Shown here: positions 1 through 14,256 of the stretch, one piece after another
Position numbering within the stretch: the stretch's first letter is position 1
Layout of the letters: the number at the start of each line of letters is the position of its first letter
Assembly: GCA_907165135.1 (NCBI GenBank)
Contig: OU015568.1
Span: 8,246,001-8,310,000, forward strand
Direction: 5' to 3'
Length of the DNA: 64,000 bases
From: Oikopleura dioica
Taxonomy: Eukaryota; Animalia; Chordata
The notes under the pieces: generated by a model
The model's database searches: none
What the model saw: only the letters and a program-made list of their open reading frames with translations
Told to the model about the DNA's origin: nothing
Position numbers and translations under genes: made by a program

Positions 1-1749
<1,749 letters not shown>

Positions 1750-2448
1750 TTCTGCTTTTCCATTTCTGTGTCTTCGCAAACAAGCAATAAAATCCTTCAC
1801 TCCAAAGATAGAAACTGGTCAATATGTAAACAACAGTACAAGTGTGCCTGTAATCTCAAAGATTGCCAAGCTCGAACGGGCACGAGGGCAGCTGCAACAA
1901 GCGCCTTCGAAAAATTTGCTCAAGTGTAAACGGCGGTATTGATCGGGCGAATTCGTCTTGAAAATTTGAGAATTTCATGAATTTTCTATTTTGCTTTTGA
2001 AATATTTTATGAGCTCGATTTATCAAAATCTAGCGCAAATATGCGTCTGCTGGCTTCGTTTCAGAATGATGACGGATAATGGTTGACCTGTGTTTATTCA
2101 TGTTATTTTTGCAATTAGAATCGGACCCACGTGACCGAATGAATATTGAAGGACGAGAACTTGAGTTTGGAATAAGTGGTTGAAAATGACCTTTAGTTTT
2201 TAATTAGCCATTACGGATGAGTCTAAGTAGACTCCGCTTTTTTATATGAATAAGGGTGTCACTTCTTATTTCCAAAAATAAAAATTCAAAAAAAGGTTAC
2301 TTGGATCGAGGATTTTTTTTTTGTTTTTCGAAATATTTTATTTACAGTACAATTTTGTAAATAGTCCGTTATTGAAGAAATTGACGAAAAGAAAAATATA
2401 AACCGTGGCCATTTTCTGGTTGTTTTCGAACTGGAAATTTGGACTTCT

Positions 2449-2664
2449 TCAATCAACTTGGTCAAAATCGACGGGGATGAGCGGCGAAGAAGCTTTGGAC
2501 GAGTATCTGGAGCTTTTCTCGCTTCGGAGGAATTCGTTTCGGTCTTGCTCGTCCTCTGACTCAAGAATCTGGTGGCGGCGGCCGAAGAATCGTCCGGAGA
2601 GTCTCTTGGACTTGATTTTGAAGAGTTCTTTGAGGTCGTGCTTGTCGATGACTTTGAAGGCCAT
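2449..2664 (-). CDS. Small hypothetical protein (71 aa)
   Basis: ATG-initiated ORF with C/G-ending codon bias in AT-rich surroundings; no recognisable domain. Confidence 0.35.
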   Translation of the reverse strand: MAFKVIDKHDLKELFKIKSKRLSGRFFGRRHQILESEDEQDRNEFLRSEKSSRYSSKASSPLIPVDFDQVD

Positions 2665-4517
2665 TTTAGAGTCTCTTTGCTTTCTTTTCTTATTTTTTGT
2701 GAAAATGAATAAAGAATGTTTTTGATATTCTTCCTTCTTCGCAGCGGGGATTTATAGCATCGAAGCGAGCTCGCGCGCCATCTCGCGACAGAATGAAAAT
2801 ATGGGGGCCGCGGCGCAGGCCATGTGATCGCAAGTATGGCCAGCAGATGACTTCCTACAGTAACCATAAAGATCCCTATCGGACATGGAACACCTTTAGA
2901 AGGTGTTGGAAGCGGATAATTTATCTGATACGAGTTGAAAAGCGTCTTTGAAATTGAAATTTATGCCGTTTTAAAAGATCTCTGATCAAATCTGCTGCTT
3001 CCAGTAAATTTTGCTAGAAATCATGAACATAAAACTCAAAAAAGAAAATGCCAAAGACTGTACCTAATCATCTAAAAGCCAAAAACACAGGCAACAGCAA
3101 GTCATGTGCTTTAGTAATCGACTCTTTCCACTTTCTAATTATCTGTCAGTCGACCCTCTTTCATCCTTACGCAAATTAATCCTCCGATGACGTCTTCGAC
3201 TTGACGTTCCGTCGACGGCTGAATAAAAGGATCTCCTTTCCTCGGAGAATTTTTGATCCTTCAGATCCTTGACGAAATTGGAAAAAAATTAGTGCATGTT
3301 TGATGAATGAAGGATTAGCCGATTTTTTGATGGTTCAAAGTTGAGACGGAGCAGCAATTCAACGCTCGAGTAGCTTGGGAAAAAATGATGCACTTGGATC
3401 GCGGGCACATTCATCAGGTTCAGGGACAACGATCCACAAACAAACACTTTGTAAATAAACAACAACCAGTTCAAACAACAAGACCTCGTGCCACGAGAAA
3501 AAGACGAAAACAACAAGTTCTCATCCTCATCTGGATAATTGGCGTGTAATGACATGGAAGGCCAATTCTGTCTTTTGGCTAATTTCGCGCTCATTCCCTA
3601 GCGTATCAAAATCTGCTGCGATTTTTCAAACGCATGTTTTTTATGTTGAAACAAACAGCTGGAACAAGCCGAGCGTGGTAAATTCAGCGCAATTTTCGCG
3701 ATTGGAATTCTGTTTTCAAAATTAATCAAAAAGGAAAAAATTCTCATTTCTGTTCTGGCAGATTCTTCTTTAATTATCTTGAGGCAGCTAGACTTTTTCG
3801 ATTTTATTTTAGGCATAAAAGACAAAGAAAAAATGACAGCTCATCATTTCTAATTGGAAATTTTAGACGCGTCAATTATCCAAATCCCAGGTCCAATAAC
3901 GACCCGTAATGATCCCTCAGTACCCGCGGAAGGGGCCGTTTCCTGGGACCGTCAGTGTTCACAAATCTCGTAAAAAATCGGGCCTCTGCTTTGAAATTTC
4001 GGGGATTTGTGACAGAGCCATAATTTCGCGACGGGCCTCTTTTAATTTCCAGAAAGAGCAACTGAGTCTCTGCGCGAAAAATCGTCGACGATCCTCCGTG
4101 GAGTTAATCAATCCTCACGTGATTAGCTACTGTAATTAGAAATAATAAATCAAACTTGTTCGACTTTAGCGACTGCGAATCTCAGCCAGATTTTTTATTT
4201 GAAATCGAAGCCAGAAAATTTTCAAAAGCAACCGGAAAATTAGGTCGAAACTGATCGTTTCCTACAATCAATTGGTTTCTTGGTACGTTCCGCTGGTGTG
4301 AAATCGGGCTTTTTATGGCCAAGGGGATACATTTCCGGATTGAGGGGGTTATTTATGCTTCACGGACTGCCACGCGCTGGGCTTTCTCGATTTTATGCTT
4401 TAGAATTTCTTCAATGAAATTGAAGCTATTCGAAATATTGAATAAATAAGGCGAGATTCATTTATCTTGTATTGTTAAATCAACGATTTAAATTCGTATT
4501 AATTTTAGGGGGCGGCT

Positions 4518-4575
4518 TTAGGATTAGGGTTAGGGTTAGGACTAGGGTTAGGGCTAGGGTTAGGGTTAGGGTTAG
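4518..4575 (+). repeat. Interstitial telomeric-type repeat (TTAGGG)n, ~8-9 units with CTAGGG/TTAGGA variants
   Basis: ttagggttagggttaggactagggttagggctagggttagggttagggttag read directly. Confidence 0.85.
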
Positions 4576-4802
4576 ATCTTTCTTTTTCAAAAATTTTGAA
4601 ATGACCAATCTTCATTTTGAACAAGTTATTTCTATAAAAATGACCAGCGAAAGACATGTGGCCTTAGTTCCATGCATGAGCTGTTCGCTTTCAATGGTGA
4701 CCGTTTGGCTTTCCCGCGGGCGCTCAACATTTTTATTTTCTTCCTTTTTTTTGAATGTACGAAAATCTCTCCTGAAATGAGCCGTTAGAGAAGAGAACGA
4801 AG

Positions 4803-6639
4803 ATGGCCACTGCATATCAAGTTTTAAAGGGAATCGTCGTTACTGTCGTTTCTTTGGCGGTTTGGTTCTTTATCTCGACGCATTTAAAATTCGAGATTGA
4901 TGTTGTAACGGAGTTGCCTGATAAAAGTCTCAGCATTAGTGAGATTGAGTATTTGAGGAAAGAACTAAGGAAAGGGTTTCTTTTGTAAAAAATGAATTAT
5001 CTTCGATAAACATTATCGCTTAGTCTTTTGAAGAGAACCAAGCAATTTGCTATCGTAAAATTATCATAATTAAACTCAATTTTATAGAGATATGGACGCA
5101 CTTGCCATATTTTATAAGCTATTAAACATTCTCGCAACACCTTCAAGACAGTAAAAACTCGGGTCAGCCGAGTTGGTTGCTGATCGTTATTTGAAAGAAC
5201 CCTTTTTACAGAATTCAAACAGAAAACGTCCAGCGACTCGCAAACGGCCAAAGCACTAGTGTTCAAACTGCCCAATATCAGATGCTAGAAAAGCGTTTGT
5301 CAGAAGCATCGAAGCGCCATTCAGAAACAAAAACGAAACTTACCAAAGTCGAAAAATCTCTTCAGAAGACGAAAACTTTGGCAATCGACACACTCGCGGC
5401 TTTTGATGAGTTTTTGGGAACTGAGAAACCGGATAAATTCGTCGAAACTTATGGCGTTGGCGAGTTTGTCAAGTCCATCAAATTCGTCTTCAACGAGCTC
5501 AGAAAGCACCTGAAGAATTCGTCTGGAACTAACTTGCTGGTTTCTGACTCGCGTCTTCGATACAGTGAGGCTCAAGCAAGCTGCAGAGATATTGGTGCTC
5601 AATTAGTGACGATACTGGATGAAGAGAAAATGCAAATTGTTTTAGATGCCGTGATGGGTTTCAAAAGATGGGACATTTGGATCGGACTAAATAGGCTCAA
5701 CAAGGTAAAAACGCACTACAATTGACAGAGGCTTATAGTATTTTTAGAAAAATATGCGTGGGATACTGGCGAGGATCTACAGTACTCATCCTGGGGCGAT
5801 GGCCAACCAAACTGGCGAGATCCTTACGGAAAAGACGGCGAAGAAGAGTGCGTGATCATGTGGTCAGATGGAACTTGGCATGACTACAATTGCCGAGTAT
5901 GTTTGCTAAGAAGAAAAAGGGTAAAATTATTCTAGGTCCGTGCCTATTTCGTCTGCGAAATTCCGATTCACGAGGAAGGCGATATTCTCCAAGCTTCGAA
6001 AGTTGCTTTTGACGAGAAAAACAAGCAAATTATCGACAAGAGCATTGATCAACCCAAATCTCCGGAAGGACCGAAAACTTGGAAAGCGAAACATCCTAAG
6101 TACACTCAGTCATTTTTTCTAGCGTTACTCTTTTTCAGCACGATTTCTGAGCAACAAGAAATGGCTAAACAAAAAGGCTCGACGGTAAAATCCTTCGAGA
6201 AACCTCAAAAATCACAAGCTGGAAGAATTGATACCAAGGCAGTTTACGATGATAGTCAGAACAAGAAGAAACTGACCGACCCTAATTACAGAGATGCTCT
6301 TATTGCGGAAGTAGAAAAGCAACGAAAAGAGCGGGAAGAGTTGAATGATAAGAAACAAGTTCAAAAGAAGACTGAAAGGGAAATGATAATTGAAGATATT
6401 CTCAACTTAGCCGGGATTAAAAAAGGCAGCTCTAGTGAAAAGTAACATCAAGGATAGTTTCCCTTCTTTAAATTTTCTTAAGAAAAATGATGGAGGAACT
6501 GAAATTGATGGACGATGAAGAGCTAGAAGAATATCTCGAGGATTATGACGACTATGACTACGACGATTACGACTACGATGATTACGAAGACGAAGACTAT
6601 GAAGACTATGAAGATGAAAACTATCAATCCGAGCCATAA
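4803..6639 (+). CDS. Type II membrane C-type lectin-domain protein with coiled coil and acidic D/Y-rich tail, multi-exon
   Basis: N-terminal TM (IVVTVVSLAVWFF); CTLD motifs YSEAQASC..GAQLVTI, WIGLN, WGDGQPN, EECV, WHDYNC, YFVCE; last exon DDYDDYDYDD repeats. Confidence 0.8.
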
Positions 6640-6914
6640 TGTACTGTAAGCCCTTTGCAAAGTTCTAGTGTTTAATTTTTCCATGAACAGTTCCAAAAAG
6701 ACAGAAATACAACCAGAAATTTATTTTAAAATTTGTTCACGAACAGAGTCCATTTTTGAATAGTGATTCTGCTCAACTTCTTTGTCAGGAAAAACAGCAG
6801 TGTTATTTTTGCACGGAGGGCAGGCGCATTCAAAGCCCCAGCGAGAGAGTTCTAGTTTTCGTTCTTCAGCAGTAAATTCTGAAAGACTTTAATTTGACAG
6901 CGGAAAGTTTTTGG

Positions 6915-7870
6915 TTAACCTGACGGATCATCAATGTAACTAATGCATATTTGCTCGCCCTTCTCTATCGTTTTTGTCGAGTACAGTATCTTCTCTGAAC
7001 TTACAAAGGACGAAAGAAATCTTGCATTGTAGTCACACGAATGGTTCAACATTGCAGCTCCTAAGTACAGTCCAGATCCTCCTGTGTAGCCATAGTCCGG
7101 TGCGACGATCGAGAAATGATGCGAGTTCAAATTGACAATCATGAAAACTTTTTCAAAGCTTTTTCGGTTGAGCCAAGAAAACCAGTGTTGAAAAGTTGGG
7201 AAGACATCGTCTAGGCGAGAAGCAATTTTTGAATTCAGAGCAGTGAGATTTTTCCGTTCGTCAAGGAAAATAACATGAAGTTTCCAAGCTTCAAGAAACC
7301 GCCTTGGCTGCTTTTCTTTGATCGTCAGAAGTTTCAAGACATTTGTGTATGTATTCAATAGTGGTTGTTGTGCCGACGGATTACTTGTCTTTTTCCTGGA
7401 TACAGACAAAATTAACACTTGAGTCTCTGTTAAAACTAACGTTCTCAAGGTCGTTTCCACACTCCTGGAGTGCTGGATGCGTTTGTAATATTTTTTCTTT
7501 TCGCTTAAATTGGATGAAATCGCCAAAGTTGCTCATGTACTTCATTATGCATTCTTTTGAGCAGACATTCAATTGTAGGACCGTGGGATCGTAGTTAGTG
7601 TTTTCAGTGAATCGCCAACAATATGAACAGCATGAGTATTTTTTATTCAAATGATGAATCGAAATTCCTTCTCCTTATGAACTCTGCTATTTGAATAAAG
7701 TAATTATTCTTCCTACCTTCGTCAGGGTTGCCATTCACTTTTGCAACGATTGGACTCTCTCTCAAAATTTCTGCCCCTTTTTGAATCGTCTCTGTAGCTA
7801 CTAGTCCTCTTCCCTGGCCTTCTATTTCGCAGACTCGAAACTTCATTTTGAAAACATTTTTCCATATCAA
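6915..7870 (-). CDS. SMYD-like SET/MYND lysine methyltransferase, multi-exon
   Basis: GRGLVATETIQKGAEILRESP (SET-N), CSYC..VCSKEC (MYND-like), GLYLGAAMLNHSC, IEKGEQICISYID. Confidence 0.8.
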
Positions 7871-8071
7871 GCTGTTTAGTTACAGTAAAAGATGTGACGA
7901 GGTGACAATTGAGTCACCAAGTCCAAATTCTGCATTTTCTGCATTTTTTTCTGGTTCCATATGAGAATGCCAATTTTTTTAAGAATAAGAACTTTAAGCG
8001 ATAATACAAAATTGAAACGAGATGTTTATAATATCTTCGATAAAAATACATCTTATGCGAACCGTTATGAA

Positions 8072-8630
8072 TAGGGAAAATCACTAATAAATGAGCTTAG
8101 TAGGGTTGGAGTATAAAACAGTTTTAGAATTCCCATTTTTGGTCAAAAACTGTGAAAAATTCAGAAAATTGTGATAATTGACCCGATCTGACCTCAGATG
8201 ACCCCAAATGACATTTTTAACATTTTAAAATGAATAAGCATCGATAAAAAGTCTTTGGAAGGCATTTCTGATATAAATCATGTACTTTTTCGGAAAAAGC
8301 GCTCAATTTCTGTCGAGTTGCCCAATTTCAAGAGCCTCTAGCTCCCCAGAGACCCACCCCCTCACTACTTTTCTAGGGCTCAAAATGACCGTCAGAGCCT
8401 AGGCTACAATCTAGACTACACAGCAACCTCTTTTTACACAGCAAAAATTCCCATTTCCAAAATTGGTCAGATTTTGGGACTTCTTAGGTACCTAAATGCC
8501 CTCAGGGTACGAGATCACGCCCCACTATCAATAGTCAAAATGATACCCAGCTTCTAGGGATTCTAAAACTGTTTTATACTCCAACCCTACTAAGCTAGAA
8601 AAAAAGCTCATTTATTAGTGATTTTACCTA
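8072..8630. mobile_element. Non-autonomous hAT-type MITE (559 bp)
   Basis: ~60 bp imperfect TIRs starting TAGG(G/T)AAAATCACTAATAAATGAGC; 8-bp TSD GTTATGAA at 8064-8071 and 8631-8638; no ORF. Confidence 0.88.
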
Positions 8631-8751
8631 GTTATGAAACTATTACATGAAATATGCGTAAAAAATAGCGAACTAGATCGTTCAGGCATATAAGATTTTA
8701 ACGACGCTACGATCGTAAACAAAAGGGGTCATTCATCAAATTTGTTCAGTC

Positions 8752-10890
8752 TTGAGAATAAGACCGAGCTCACATTTCAACAAAAAAAAAAACCCTAAGA
8801 GTATGAGCGTTCCTAGCATGACAAGAGAGTCAATACTACATTGGTTGAACAAAATAATTCCGAAGCTAAAGAGAACAACATCCCGAGCACAAACATGCAG
8901 ACTACTAATTTCAATAGAAAGAAGCAATTTGAAGAAAGATAATCATGCTTCCACCTGGAGATATGTTGTTTTTACTATCAACAAATTAATTTTATTTGAT
9001 GAAAATGATTCAGAACTCGAGAAATCGGGAACGACAGCTTTTCAAAAGAAGATTCTCAAGAGAAATCCAGGTCTTTCTGGAAAAAGATTAAATCGCTATG
9101 ATATCAAAGAAGAGACTGGAAAATGGATTTATGGTATTGAATTGGAAAGAAAACTCATCTCAGCTGGAGGAGAAGCAATTGTATGGAAAGAAAGATTTGA
9201 TGATCTTGATGTTGCTGTTCGAGTTCAAGCTTTTGACCCTTATCTTTTCACGGATAATTATGAAACGGCCTTCAAAATTTTCTTCGCATCAGGTAGATAG
9301 ATTTCAAGACGGTGTGAAATTTGAGAACGGAAATAATGAACATTTAAGATTATCGCACGAAAAATAACACAATTCCATTGCATAAAAATGTCATCAAAAA
9401 CTTTGTTAATATCGAGGTTTACGACAAAGACGATATGTACAAAGAAGATTGTGTTGGATGGATAACAATCATGGAGAAATGCGACAATGATCTGAGGACT
9501 TTATTGAGGAGTGGAAGATTGAATTTAGAAGAAAGGAAGAAAATCGCAAATGGAGTACGCCAAGGAACTCAGCATTTGAAGCGAATAGATATTCAACATT
9601 ATGATTTGAAGCCGGAAAATATTTTGATAAAGAATGGCGAAGCAAAAATAATTGATTTTGGTGTTGTAATGAACGCCTCTGGAAAGAAAAGTTTTCGGGA
9701 AATGGGCTACACCCGGAAAGGATCAAAGTACAAGTATTTTTACAGTTTGTGTAAGATTATTTTTTGCTGAGCAATCCTTTAAAAGTTTTAGTTTCTGGTT
9801 CACCTGCCTTTTCCCAAGTTCCTCAGCTAACAAGTGGTCATGGCGATTTGATAACAACTATCTTCGTGTTCATTTTTTGCGAATGGAAAACTGCTTGGAC
9901 TCTTTTATACAGGCCAGTCGAAAAAGAAGAAGAAAAAAGAAAATTTGATCTAATGATTAAGCAAACCAACGCGGACTGTATCCTCAGACAAGACCCGATT
10001 GAAGAAGAGATGTATGCAATTAAAAAAGTTGTTTCTCTTAGGGATTCAAACCCATATTTTTGCCTCGACGATCCAAATTTGACCAAATCATCTCAAATGT
10101 CAAGCTTGAAGCAACAGATGACAAAAGTGCATAACTTTAGTTTTCAAAATGTAACAAGGAATGTTGTTGACCAAAAATCATCGAACCTCTGTGTTCCAAT
10201 TACAGTTTCTTCTCTCATCAGATATTCAATTAAAGCAGATATGGGCTTTCTTGATAATTATAACAATCATTCATTTGAAAATATATTCACTACATTGGTC
10301 ATGATTGTTTATCCTCGAAGTTTGGCTGGAATGAATCTTGGCTCCGACGATAGAGAAAAAGAATATCAAGGAAGTGAAATAGAACTGCTTCTGAAAAGGA
10401 TAAAGTTTCCAACTTATTTGATGAGAAGTGGGTGGGAGATTATCAGAAAAATGGGATATCCGATGGTACCCGAGTCATTTTTCGATTATCAAAAAGGTTT
10501 GATTCAATATATATTCGATGAAATGGTGTGTACGTCAATAAAATATATTTAGAGACGCTTAACAGAACATTTTTCTTTACAAGGCCTCTATCTGTTACTG
10601 GAGCTTATCTTCTACCTGATGATTCTATTATTTTTCATCAAATGATTCTGGATCGCGTCGAAAACGATGAATATGTTCTCCAAAACACTATGTTATCAAT
10701 GGACGCACCAGTTATTCGAGTACCAGTTAATAGACTTTACTATAAGCCTGTTAACACTGTGAGATATAAAAACGGTATGATTAAAAAAATAATTGACGAC
10801 GATGGTGTAAATGAACAAATTGGAAACATGGAAACAGCAGAATGGTACCTTCTTCCCGATGCTTTCTCGGTCCGACTTACTCCAATTTAA
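8752..10890 (+). CDS. Protein kinase-like domain fused to C-terminal papain-like domain, multi-exon
   Basis: Kinase motifs SAGGEAIV, VAVR, IMEKCD, HYDLKPENIL, IIDFG; downstream VVDQKSSNLC and HQMILDRVENDEYVLQNT resemble papain Q-x5-C and H..N motifs. Confidence 0.75.
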
Positions 10891-11152
10891 ATAAAAACGA
10901 GAAGACTAATCAAAACCTCAAAATAATTTCTGATCAATGTTATGACCTTATTATTATATGATTGTTTAAAATATATTGTCGGACGCATTTCGGTGGTAAA
11001 GGGGCCATCGTCCGCTCAAAGTTCTGAATTATCATTTGAGCTCAGTAAAAATTGTAATGGGCTGACGATGGCCCATTCTCTACCAGAACGCGTCCCATAA
11101 TAAATTTAAAATCATCATATCAACAATAGTGAACTACCAACATTCCATGTTG

Positions 11153-11913
11153 TTACAATTCATCGTGTTTATATTTGTAGTATCCATGAAAAACCTCTTT
11201 TGCAGTTTTAAGAATTTCCGACGAGTGGTTGTAGTAAAAAGCCTTATCATCTTTACGCATCGTATTCACTGCCCATGGGATGATGTCTCCATGGGGCTCC
11301 AAAAAGTAAAATCGCGGGAAATAATGAGCGTTCGCAATTTTAGGATCCCAGTGAGATTGCGACTCTTCGTAACCTATTAAAAATATTTTTGAAGAAAGGT
11401 ATAAAAAAGGCATCACCTAAGAAGTTCACAACATGAAAATGCTTGCTTATGCGCAAGAGCTCTTGATCATTCTTGAATTCCTCTCTAATTGAGCGGCAAT
11501 GGACACAATCGTCGCAATCTTCTGGAATAATAAGGAGCAAGATAGGTTTATCATCCGCGAACTCTTCGGTAGCATCAAGAATATTAACCCAGTCGTAGTA
11601 CTCGCCCCAACCACGTGGTTCACGAGCGCCTGCCCAGCCAAGATCAACGTTCTCTAGAAATATTTAGTCAATGAAACCTATCAGAAAAAGTCCGGACAAG
11701 TTGTTTCCGGAAAAAAGTCAATTCAACACTACCTTCTAACGAAAAAAATCCTTCAAGTCATTATTCTAGCCATCTTCTGTAAAAATTTTATTTACCGGAG
11801 TGATGAGGGATCTCCGCGATCTCCGCATTATCCAAGTTGTTGACATTTTCCTCATCATAAACCACATCGAAGCAGGAAGCGACCGTGGCGAGCCCTAGCT
11901 TCAAAAGCTTCAT
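11153..11913 (-). CDS. ER thioredoxin-fold protein, ERp18/TXNDC12/AGR family
   Basis: Signal peptide MKLLKLGLATVASC; RGWGEYYDW; KPILL..CVHC; YFPRFYFLEP; C-terminal HDEL. Confidence 0.8.
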
Positions 11914-12125
11914 ATTTTCCTTCTCTCTTTTCGAAAAATGAACAAAGATGAAAAAATAGTATGCACGAGATTTAAAACCCTAACGCCACATCGCCTAGCG
12001 CCTGTACCGGCACCAAAAATACCATCAAATGTCAATTTATTAAAAGATTGTTCCGCTCAAGTGAATCTGAGAAATCTCATATTAAAAACTGGGCCACTGA
12101 ACTTTTGACCTTGTTTACAGAAAAT

Positions 12126-13572
12126 TTACTTTCGGGAGGAAAGCTCCTTGGAGACTTCGATGAACATGGCGACGGTTTCTTCTGCGGTGGGGATGATTTG
12201 GTCGGCTGGGAGGAGGAAGCCGTAAGCACCGGTATCTCGGAGCTCAAGAACCCAGGAGAGAGTGACGCCTGAAAATATAGAGCGAGGATTTTCAACAATA
12301 AATTACCAAGATCTCTGTAAGAGTAATCCTCAGTAGTTCCACCAGCGGGGTAGCCAACGACATCTCTGGATTGTCCGACTCGGTAGACCTTTCCGTGGAC
12401 GTTGTAGAGCGCGGTCTGCATTCTGTTTGAAACTCGGGTCTGGTACTCGATATCTGCTGGGTCTTCTGGAATGGCTGTTCGGCCAGTCGCCCATGGAGGC
12501 ATAATAAGTTGCGAGTAACTACAGTAAAATTAGGTTTTCACTCTCTCAATAAAGTATGGAAAGTAAGATTACCTGTGGACAGAAAGTTGAGCTTCGATGT
12601 CTCCACCTCCAGCATTTCTAAGTTGATGAAACCAATCTCTCCAAATTGAAGCTTCTTTAGTAGTGAATGGTGCTTCACCCGCGTAAGTACTGGAGCACTG
12701 GCTCGAACTGCCACCAACAGTCAAATGACCAACCGGGAATTGTCGGTTCAAATCGGTACCAGGACAGTTGCTTCCGTCATTGGGCTCTCGGTTTTTTCGC
12801 CACATTCGGTCGGAATCGTGGGAATATTGGTAGCCGTCGGGGTTGGCGGAAACGATGATGTACCAGTTGTGCTCGAGGATGCTGGTGAGGTCATCCATTG
12901 AGTAGGAAGGAGGAGTAAGATCGACGCCATTGACTGCAGATTTGACCATGTGGATAAAATATCGGCAAGTAGCTAGAAATTTTATTGTTTTCAAATGATA
13001 GGTGTTGGTTTTTTGTAACCTGGGGTAATCCATTCTCGAGCGTGAACATTGCATTCAATAAAGATCTTCTTCTTGTCGCTAGTTGGATCTTGATCGCCAA
13101 TGTGGACACCGTAGACGTTGTTGCCTCCATAAGTTTCGCCAAGAACTTCGGCAGAAACGAGCACGTTATCGACATTAGCAAGAATCCAGCTTTCCAGTTG
13201 AGGGTAAGTCAAATACTGGTCATATGGAAGGTCGAGATCTCTGAGTCCTTTGGTGGCTCGCTCTTGCTCGTTTTTCTGCTGATCGATGACGAAACCGACA
13301 TCGTCGATGATCGGAAGGATGTCCACGTGATCGCCGAATCGCTCGATGAAAGCCTCGGAATCCTCCTCGGAGAGCATGAAATCAGCTTTTTGAGTGTACG
13401 TAAGATACTCGACATGTTCCGGCTCCCACATATCGACACTGGTCAATCGCTCAAGAAAAGCTCCGACTTCGATGCTCGTGTGTGCATCGTCCCAGGATGT
13501 TCTCAAAACTTTGTAGCCGACGTAGTCCTGTCGGCCGAAAGCCAAAGGAGCGAGTGCTGAAAAAATCTTCAT
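12126..13572 (-). CDS. M14A zinc carboxypeptidase A/B-like, paralog 1 (appears intact)
   Basis: Signal plus propeptide; [43 protein letters not shown]. Confidence 0.93.
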
Positions 13573-14256
13573 TTTTTGAGATCAATTTTGAAAGCGCGGA
13601 AAAAGAAGTAGAAATAAGTGACATCTGAAAGTTTCTCAGCAATTTTAGTAGCGGAAGTTTTCAAACAAAACTCAGACGTGGGAATCACAAAGTAAAAAGC
13701 AGGCAATACAGTACTTAGTTAAGAAGGTGCATCGAGTGATCGTGAAGAAGATTTTTTGTTAGAATATCCTTTTTTTCCAGAATATCACCTATGAAAAAAT
13801 ATGGCGAAGTATGAAACAAACTCAATTAAAGTTACGATAAATTTGATAAAAGCTCTAGAATAAAAAGTTAAAATGCACGAAAACAAGTTCGACGAATTCT
13901 CAGCTTCATTGACCTTGCGCCATGCTGAGCGAGAGCAATGAGTCACAAAAGGGAAAACTACGGGTGTGGGAAACATCCCTCGGCTAAACGAACGCTTGCA
14001 AATTTGATTACTATTTTCACCAAGAGAAATAGGTAGAAATGAAGAAAATTTACTGTTCATAAAAATCATTGTCACTGCGCTCGCTCATTTTTGATCCATT
14101 TTTATGGCCCTGAACGACCTTTTCTATTTATCTGCGACTCATCTGTCGCGTCAGAGAATAAATACAGAAGACTTTTACATTTTTCACATAGATTTGTGAT
14201 TCAGACCGGTATCCGTTACGACCTCAGACTTCAACACCTGAAGAGAAAACGTAAAA

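Noticed and set aside
4472-4780. ORF with RVRVRVRTRVRARV
   Set aside because: Simply the translation of the TTAGGG tract
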